A DNA stretch of 32,000 bases, taken from contig NZ_LT963433.1 in NCBI RefSeq assembly GCF_900199515.1, positions 240,001 to 272,000 on the forward strand. The letters run 5' to 3'. This document shows, one piece after another, positions 26,531 through 32,000 of the stretch. The DNA comes from Massilicoli timonensis. Lineage in GTDB: Bacteria > Bacillota_I > Bacilli_A > Erysipelotrichales > Erysipelotrichaceae. The stretch's first letter is position 1. Every line of letters starts with the position of its first letter. A program made the translations under genes and the position numbers. The notes under the pieces were generated by a model, which ran no database searches, had not been told where the DNA came from, and saw only the letters and a list, made by a program, of their open reading frames with translations.

Positions 26531-27505
26531 TTATTCTCCTCTTACATATTTTGATTTAGCATTTGTCTTGCGTGCTTTTATTTTTTCAAGGCTTTTTCCG
26601 TTCCTTGTCTTGGTAATGCCGGTACGTCTTAATCCCATCTCATAATATTCCTCATTCATATCAATGCCTACGCCTACTCGTCCGAGACGAACTGCCACAG
26701 CCGAAGTGGTAAATGATCCTGAAAATGGGTCGAGAACAACATCTCCAGGATTGGACGATGCTTTGATTATACGTTCCAATAGAGCTTCTGGTTTTTGTGT
26801 TGGATGATTTTCGTACTCATCCATCTTAAACCTCACTCTACTAAAATCCCAAACATTTCCGGGAACTTTTTTGGAACTGTATGGCTGAGGTGGATTTTTT
26901 CTATAATCAATCAATTTCCGTTTAGCACCTGTTTTTGCTTCGACAAGAATATCTTTGTAATTGAAAGTATAAGAAGACTTACTCGTCTTTGAAATCATTA
27001 GGATAGGTTCATAGAGAGAGCCATACATTTTCTTTGACTGTACTCCGGAACTATCGTATGACCAAATAATTCGGCATAATACGTTATATTTTTCCGATGC
27101 AAATACATCCAAATACGGCATATGTTGTGTCGCTGTCATAAAGTACATTGTTCCATTACCTGAGAGAACACGCATACATTCATCAATCCACGTTTTACAC
27201 CATTCTATGTAAGCATGAACACTTTCCCACTTATCACTGTTATTACCAAAATCCTTGCCAATGTTATATGGGGCATCAGCAAAAATAAGTTGTACGGATT
27301 TGTCTTTCATTTTTTTTAGAACAGAAAGACTATCACCAAGAATGACCATTGAATTATTGTTATTCATATTTTCTTCTGTTAATTGAGTATCGAACAATGA
27401 ATTGAAATCAAAAACTATCTCTGGATATGTTTTCTTAATTGGTTCCGAAATAGATATATCGTTATCAAATGTCAATGTCAGTTGTCCTTCGCTACAAATA
27501 TTCAT
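26531..27505 (-). CDS. beta-class N6-adenine/N4-cytosine DNA methyltransferase (N6_N4_Mtase family)
   Basis: Motif IV is IFADAPYN (DAPY at 27266..27277). It lies upstream of HPTQKPEALLERII and of motif I (VVLDPFSGSFTT). This motif order is that of the beta class. Confidence 0.9.
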   Translation of the reverse strand: MNICSEGQLTLTFDNDISISEPIKKTYPEIVFDFNSLFDTQLTEENMNNNNSMVILGDSLSVLKKMKDKSVQLIFADAPYNIGKDFGNNSDKWESVHAYIEWCKTWIDECMRVLSGNGTMYFMTATQHMPYLDVFASEKYNVLCRIIWSYDSSGVQSKKMYGSLYEPILMISKTSKSSYTFNYKDILVEAKTGAKRKLIDYRKNPPQPYSSKKVPGNVWDFSRVRFKMDEYENHPTQKPEALLERIIKASSNPGDVVLDPFSGSFTTSAVAVRLGRVGVGIDMNEEYYEMGLRRTGITKTRNGKSLEKIKARKTNAKSKYVRGE

Positions 27506-27561
27506 ATCATTTTCCTTCCTGTGCTATTTGATGATTAAAAAGAATATCTTCTTTGAATTTT

Positions 27562-28362
27562 TTATTTTCCAGCATGCTCCATCACCTTTTTTGCCAGCTT
27601 TTGAAACAGGCCTGCGGTTTCTTCGTCCATTGGCGTAAGCTGTTCTATCTGTCCGGCAATCATCGCTGTTACATCATCAATGGAAATCGTGTTTTGCTTC
27701 CGCTCCGCCAGTGCGTCCCGCATGGTCTGAAACATGGCGGCGGTCACAGTTTCCCCCGGCTGTTCTCCGTTGTTAATGTCTTTCTTAATATCCCGCAGGA
27801 TAGCAAGGAACACGCTCTTGATTTTCTCAATCTCCGCATTATGCTCCTCCATCTTCTGTACGTTCAAAAGCTGTAAATCCTGCCTTGCTTCTTTCCTGTG
27901 TTCCGCGTGTTCTTTCATCAGGTCGGACAGGGAAACCGTCGCTATCTCGATAAGCTGGTTTCTTGCGATTATCCCCTTTACCACCGTATCTTGAAAATAA
28001 ATCCGTATCAAATCTATCAGCTTCGGAAAATTCCTGTGTTCCAATAGGCGGTTAAGAATTTGCACATCAACTGTGCCCGTCATAATCCCCCTCACAGCTC
28101 CCTCGGATAAGCCCAATTCAGAAATATCATAGCTTTTGCGGACGCTCACGGTGGACAAGCCTAGTATGTAGTCCGTTGATACCTTAAATTTCTTTGCCAC
28201 ACCTATGAGAATATCACTGCTGACCGTTCTTGTTTCGCCGCTGACAATCCGGCTTAACTGGGAAGCGGAAACGCCGATCTTCTCCGCAAGTTCCTTTTGT
28301 GTGATGTGGTTTCTGTTGCATAAATCGGAAATCCGCTGTCCCGGTGTTCTGGGTAAAGCCAT
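27562..28362 (-). CDS. XRE-family helix-turn-helix regulator with a long (~200 aa) C-terminal extension
   Basis: MALPRTPGQRISDLCNRNHITQKELAEKIGVSASQLSRIVSGETRTVSSDILIGVAKKFKVSTDYILGL is an HTH_3-type domain. The start at 28362 follows GGAGGAGG. Confidence 0.85.
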   Translation of the reverse strand: MALPRTPGQRISDLCNRNHITQKELAEKIGVSASQLSRIVSGETRTVSSDILIGVAKKFKVSTDYILGLSTVSVRKSYDISELGLSEGAVRGIMTGTVDVQILNRLLEHRNFPKLIDLIRIYFQDTVVKGIIARNQLIEIATVSLSDLMKEHAEHRKEARQDLQLLNVQKMEEHNAEIEKIKSVFLAILRDIKKDINNGEQPGETVTAAMFQTMRDALAERKQNTISIDDVTAMIAGQIEQLTPMDEETAGLFQKLAKKVMEHAGK

Positions 28363-28389
28363 AGACAGGCACCTCCTCCGCATATCACC

Positions 28390-28419
28390 ATTATACAGCA
28401 TAATTGCAAAAATGCAATT
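28390..28419 (-). promoter_or_regulatory. promoter of the HTH gene overlapped by a perfect palindromic operator
   Basis: The minus strand has -10 TATAAT (28390..28395) and a -35-like TTGCAT/ATTGCA. The inverted repeat AATTGCA-aaaa-TGCAATT (28402..28419) covers the -35 and the spacer. Confidence 0.5.
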
Positions 28420-28442
28420 CTCAAAGTGTAAACTTCATCAAA

Positions 28443-28461
28443 ATGCAATTTTCGCAAAATT
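28443..28461. promoter_or_regulatory. second operator-like site
   Basis: The ATGCAATT half-site is repeated (28443..28450, also at 28412..28419). It overlaps the perfect palindrome AATTTT-cgc-AAAATT (28447..28461). Confidence 0.35.
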
Positions 28462-28480
28462 CCGGGGATTGTATTTTTTC

Positions 28481-28700
28481 GTGTAGACTTAAGGTAGTTC
28501 ATCGATAAACAGCACCTTGAAAACAGAATGACCATCCGAAAAGAAATATCCGGCGGGGAAAACACGCAGAGAGCCGACTTCCGGCCAAAGTGCCCAGAGG
28601 TGGTTTCGGGACAAGTTGTCCCGAAGTTATGGGGAACGTGCCAACGCCAGAAATCCTTTCGGGGAGAACAGCAACGGAGAACAATGGAGGGATGTATGAT
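28481..28700 (+). ncRNA. group II intron-like domain I fragment B (5' part only)
   Basis: It begins GTGTA. Three collinear 8-mers, TTAAGGTA (28489), GAAAACAG (28520) and CCGAAAAG (28537), are spaced by 22 and 9 nt here. In the 5' region of Ll.LtrB as I remember it the same 8-mers are spaced by 20 and 9 nt. Further on come CGGGGAAAACACGCAGAGAGCCG and CCAAAGTGCCCAGAGG, followed by a GGGACA-agt-TGTCCC hairpin. There is no RT ORF and no domain V before the permease terminator. Confidence 0.45.
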
Positions 28701-28714
28701 AGACAATCCATATA

Positions 28715-28736
28715 AAAAGAGGCTGCACGCCTCTTA
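28715..28736 (-). terminator. rho-independent terminator of the NCS2 permease gene
   Basis: The minus strand reads AAGAGGC-gtgca-GCCTCTT followed by TTTTA, about 10 nt after the stop codon. Confidence 0.65.
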
Positions 28737-28745
28737 TGAGATCGA

Positions 28746-30068
28746 TTAGATCAGAAATCCGAAGTAAGCGATAAAGATGATGACCAATACCCAAACGATC
28801 CAGTTCACTTCTTTGGCTTTACCGCTCGCTAACATTGCCACCGTATAAGCGATGAAGCCCAAAGCGATACCATTTGAAATGGAATAAGTCAGGATCATCG
28901 CAATTACCGTAATGAAACCGGCTGTCGCAAATACAAAATCATCCCAGTCAATACCGCCTAACTGCTGTGCCATCAGGATACCGACCACGACCAGCGCCGG
29001 TGCTGTTACCGCATTGGTCGCAAGTGATAAAATGATCGGTGAAATAAAGATCGACAATAAGAACATGATACCGGTCGTTACCGCCGTTAAACCAGTTCTG
29101 CCGCCAACCTCAACACCGGAAGTGGATTCCACAAAGGAAGTAACCGTAGAAGTACCGAGCGCCGCACCGGCAACCGTACCGATCGCATCCGCTAATAACG
29201 CCCGTTCGACATTATCCAATTCTCCTTTTTCATTTACCAGTCCAACGCGGTTCGCAACCGCAACCAGTGTACCTGCCGTATCGAAGAAATCGACAAATAA
29301 GAAGGAGAAAATAATGATAAACGCCTGTCCCGGATCCGCAAACAGTTCTCCAAAACCGTCCATAAATCCACCAACTGTATTCATTGAGAAATCAGTCGTG
29401 ATGACCCCGTCGATCGTCGGCATACCTTCCACGCCCGCAAAGCCGCAGATCAAGCCGATCAAAGCCGTGATCACCATACCGATGAAAACCGCTGCCGGCA
29501 CTTTCTTTGCCAACAGTGCAACCGTAATCAAAATACCGAAGATCGCCAGCAGTACCGTTGGTTCTTTGAAAGAGCCGATACCGACAAATGTAGATTCATT
29601 GGCAATGATGATGCCGGCATTTTTTAAGCCGACAAATGCGATAAAGAAACCGATTCCGGCGCCGATTGCCAGCTTTAACTGCTTCGGGATCGCATTGATG
29701 ATCACTTTACGGATTCCGGTAACCGAAATGATGACAAAGATCACACCGGATACAAATACCGCAGCTAATGCCGCCTGCCAGCTGAAACCGCCTACTAAGC
29801 AAACATTAAACGTAAACAGCGCGTTTACCCCCATACCTGCCGCAAGCGCAACCGGATAGTTTGCGATAAGCCCCATCAAGATCGATGCGAATGCCGCGGA
29901 AATGGCAGTTGCCATAAATACCGAATGCAGATCCATACCGGTCTGTGCCAGCATGCCCGGATTGACGCCCAAAATGTACGCCATCGCCAGGAAGGTGGTA
30001 AGTCCGGCAATGATTTCCGTTTTGACCGTCGTGTTCTTTTCTTTCAGATGAAACAACTTTTCTAACAT
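28746..30068 (-). CDS. NCS2-family purine (guanine/hypoxanthine/adenine-type, AzgA-like) permease
   Basis: MLEKLFHLKEKNTTVKTEIIAGLTTFLAMAYILGVNPGML is the characteristic N-terminus. It is a 440-aa polytopic membrane protein. Confidence 0.9.
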   Translation of the reverse strand: MLEKLFHLKEKNTTVKTEIIAGLTTFLAMAYILGVNPGMLAQTGMDLHSVFMATAISAAFASILMGLIANYPVALAAGMGVNALFTFNVCLVGGFSWQAALAAVFVSGVIFVIISVTGIRKVIINAIPKQLKLAIGAGIGFFIAFVGLKNAGIIIANESTFVGIGSFKEPTVLLAIFGILITVALLAKKVPAAVFIGMVITALIGLICGFAGVEGMPTIDGVITTDFSMNTVGGFMDGFGELFADPGQAFIIIFSFLFVDFFDTAGTLVAVANRVGLVNEKGELDNVERALLADAIGTVAGAALGTSTVTSFVESTSGVEVGGRTGLTAVTTGIMFLLSIFISPIILSLATNAVTAPALVVVGILMAQQLGGIDWDDFVFATAGFITVIAMILTYSISNGIALGFIAYTVAMLASGKAKEVNWIVWVLVIIFIAYFGFLI

Positions 30069-30126
30069 ATTCTACCTCTTTTCTGCCCTTTTCTTCTAAA
30101 ACCCCTTTGATAAAAAAGACTTTTTC

Positions 30127-30155
30127 ATTATAAAACAAATTTCACACAGTTTCAA
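30127..30155 (-). promoter_or_regulatory. sigma-A promoter of the permease gene
   Basis: The minus strand reads TTGAAA, a 17-nt spacer, then TATAAT, about 55 nt upstream of the ATG. Confidence 0.55.
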
Positions 30156-30287
30156 ATTTTTTTGAATTTTCTATGTATATTTTTTACTGCATGTTTCTGC
30201 AATTATGTGTTTTTTGTGTTTCTATTTCCGCTTTCATGGTAAAACAACAGAAAAACAGGTACAATAAGAACAAGAAATGAGGTATTT

Positions 30288-31538
30288 ATGGAAAATCAAG
30301 AAAAAGAAGCGGTGCTCGTTGTTCTCACTTCGCTGCAGGGAAAAGAAAATACAGCCTATTGGGATGAATTTTTAGAGTTGGTAAAAGCGGCGGATATGGA
30401 AGTGGTCATGCACGCCAAACAGCATATGAAAACAGTGAACAGCGCGACCTATATCGGAAGCGGCAAGGTCAAGGAAATCAAAGAGATGCTGGAAAGCACT
30501 GCGGTCGATGTCGTTTTGATCGATCATGTATTAACACCTTTACAAAGCCGCAATCTGGAAAAGGCATGGAATCGCCCGATCATGGATCGCAATGCTTTGA
30601 TACTGGAGCTTTTTGAAACAAGAGCGGTAACGGCAGAGGCCAAACTACAGATCGAAGCCGCCAAATTAAATGCGCTGCTGCCAAAACTGGTCGGTTCTAC
30701 TTCCTATTTAGGCAGACAAAGCGGCGGCAGAAACAAAGGAGCCGGAGAAAAGCAGTTGGAGCTAGATCGGCGTGTCATCAAGCGGCGCATCGGTGAAGTG
30801 CGTAATGAATTAAAGAGACTGGAAAAACAGCGTGCCGTAAGAGCGGCAAAGCGGCAGCGAAACGATCTGCCGATCGTCGCTTTGATCGGCTATACCAATG
30901 CGGGAAAATCCACGATCATGAACCAGCTGCTCGCCCGCTTTCAGAAAAAAGCAGCGAAACAAGTGCTGGAAAAGGATATGCTGTTTGCGACCTTGGATAC
31001 CAGCGTACGGCGCATTTCCCTCGACGCGCACCGGCAGTTTCTGCTCATTGATACAGTCGGTTTTGTCAGCGACCTGCCTCATGAACTCATCGAAGCATTT
31101 CATTCCACTTTAGAACAGATCAAAGAAGCGGATCTGTTGTTGCAGATCGTAGACGGCGCCAATCCCCATTATCGAGAACAGATGCAGGTAACAAGCGATA
31201 CACTGCAAAAACTGGGTGTGGAAAATATCGCGATGCTTACCGTTTTCAATAAAGCCGATCGGTTACAGGAAAAGCATCCGCGCTGTTTACGGGAAGATCG
31301 TGTCATGCTATGTGCGAAAGCGGAAAAGGACATTGATTTTCTATGTGATCTCATCAGCAAACGCCTATATCCGCTGCATCAAAAATGGAAACTGAAGATC
31401 CCTTATGATGATGCATTGCTTGCACAGCTGCGCAAACAGGGAATCTTGTCTGAGATTCACTACCTTGATGACGCGATGCTGGTGGAAATCGATGCAGATG
31501 CAGAACGCATGCGCAAATGGGAAGCCTATCTGGCATGA
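30288..31538 (+). CDS. hflX: GTPase HflX
   Basis: HflX N-terminal domain, followed by G1 (GYTNAGKST), LFATLDT, and G3/G4 (DTVGF, NKAD). Confidence 0.9.
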   Translation: MENQEKEAVLVVLTSLQGKENTAYWDEFLELVKAADMEVVMHAKQHMKTVNSATYIGSGKVKEIKEMLESTAVDVVLIDHVLTPLQSRNLEKAWNRPIMDRNALILELFETRAVTAEAKLQIEAAKLNALLPKLVGSTSYLGRQSGGRNKGAGEKQLELDRRVIKRRIGEVRNELKRLEKQRAVRAAKRQRNDLPIVALIGYTNAGKSTIMNQLLARFQKKAAKQVLEKDMLFATLDTSVRRISLDAHRQFLLIDTVGFVSDLPHELIEAFHSTLEQIKEADLLLQIVDGANPHYREQMQVTSDTLQKLGVENIAMLTVFNKADRLQEKHPRCLREDRVMLCAKAEKDIDFLCDLISKRLYPLHQKWKLKIPYDDALLAQLRKQGILSEIHYLDDAMLVEIDADAERMRKWEAYLA

Positions 31539-31571
31539 GTTTGATCTGATCAAACAAGCACTGAAATAAAA

Positions 31572-31611
31572 AGCGGTTTTCTGTTGATGATCAAAAGAAA
31601 ACTGCTTTTTC
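31572..31611 (+). terminator. rho-independent (probably bidirectional) terminator between hflX and purN
   Basis: AGCGGTTTTCT-loop-AGAAAACTGCT (11 bp, one G-T pair) followed by TTTTT, with an A-run upstream. Confidence 0.65.
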
Positions 31612-31620
31612 TATGCGAAA

Positions 31621-32000
31621 CTAACCCAAAGGAATCGTGCCGTCCGCGATCTTTGCAACGATTTCCTTTAGAAAACGATGCTCTTCTTCCAATACCCGGG
31701 CTGCCAAAGTATCGGCATTATCATCTTCTCGCACCGCTACTTTTCTGACTGCCACGATCTCGCCGCTGTCGTATTCCTCATTGACCCGATGAATGGTGAT
31801 GCCGGTTTCGGTTTCGTGATTGGCAAGTACTGCTTCATGTACATGTTTTCCATGCATGCCCTTTCCGCCATAGCGCGGCAGCAGGCCCGGATGAATATTG
31901 AATACACGCCCATGATATGCCTTTAACACGGCTTCCGGCAGTTTTTTCAAATAGCCGGCTAAAAAGATCATGTCCGTATGATGATCTGCCAGCACCTGCA
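31621..32000 (-). CDS. purN: phosphoribosylglycinamide formyltransferase (partial; N-terminus beyond the window end)
   Basis: ...IFLAGYLKKLPEAVLKAYHGRVFNIHPGLLPRYGGKGMHGKHVHEAVL...GITIHRVNEEYDSGEIV matches the PurN core. The frame is open to the window edge. Confidence 0.9.
   Translation of the reverse strand, partial: QVLADHHTDMIFLAGYLKKLPEAVLKAYHGRVFNIHPGLLPRYGGKGMHGKHVHEAVLANHETETGITIHRVNEEYDSGEIVAVRKVAVREDDNADTLAARVLEEEHRFLKEIVAKIADGTIPLG

Noticed and set aside
28254-28706. A 150-aa minus-strand ORF (28254..28706) and a 70-aa minus-strand ORF (28499..28711).
   Set aside because: They overlap the HTH gene start, its promoter and operators, and intron-like fragment B. They have no RBS, and their Cys/Arg/Pro-rich composition is implausible for a real protein.
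28912-29859. A 315-aa plus-strand ORF.
   Set aside because: It lies entirely antisense to the well-supported permease gene. Its composition is low-complexity and rich in P/T/S/A, which is typical of the shadow frame of a membrane protein gene. It has no RBS.
30069-30287. I looked for a purine (guanine/adenine) riboswitch upstream of the NCS2 purine permease.
   Set aside because: The leader is only about 55 nt after a good TTGAAA-17-TATAAT promoter. It lacks the conserved riboswitch core (no UAUAAUCGCG...GGAUAUGGC...CCGUAAAU-like strings).
1-32000. CRISPR arrays, tandem repeats and rRNA genes.
   Set aside because: Reading through the intergenic regions, I saw no regularly spaced direct repeats and no rRNA-like conserved strings.

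Overview
This is a chromosomal segment from a Gram-positive, Bacillota-type genome, judged by GGAGG-type RBSs, sigma-A -35/-10 promoters and hairpin plus T-run terminators. GC is in the mid-40s % by eye. Most genes are on the minus strand.

Backbone content, in order:
- A LevR-type regulator (partial at the window start and missing from the ORF track) with a mannose-family PTS IIB-IIC-IID operon and a cupin sugar-phosphate isomerase.
- A divergent TIM-barrel isomerase and an alpha/beta hydrolase.
- The csoR-copA copper efflux operon, with a near-consensus promoter and operator.
- A NUDIX hydrolase, a PfkB-family kinase, an RlmCD/RumA-like RNA methyltransferase, a YihY-family membrane protein and lipoproteins.
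- An FMN-dependent alpha-hydroxyacid enzyme, glycerate kinase, an alanine/glycine:cation symporter, a cyclodeaminase-family protein and a DUF368 (PopT-like) protein.
- An NCS2 purine permease, hflX, and a partial purN.

The stretch from about 21.8 to 28.7 kb is a mosaic accessory island. It contains:
- An IS1182-family element nested just downstream of an IS200-type tnpA remnant.
- Two paralogous, same-orientation structured non-coding segments that resemble group II intron domain I. Neither has an RT ORF or a recognisable domain V.
- Between them, an AT-rich, GATC-poor cassette encoding a beta-class N6/N4 DNA methyltransferase translationally coupled to a PD-(D/E)xK/Mrr-like nuclease candidate, plus an unexplained DUF3644-like protein with an HExxH motif.
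- A long XRE-family HTH regulator with palindromic operators.

The best candidate for something undescribed is this methyltransferase / nuclease / HExxH-protein cassette and its bracketing by intron-like fragments. I recognised no rRNA, tRNA or CRISPR array.
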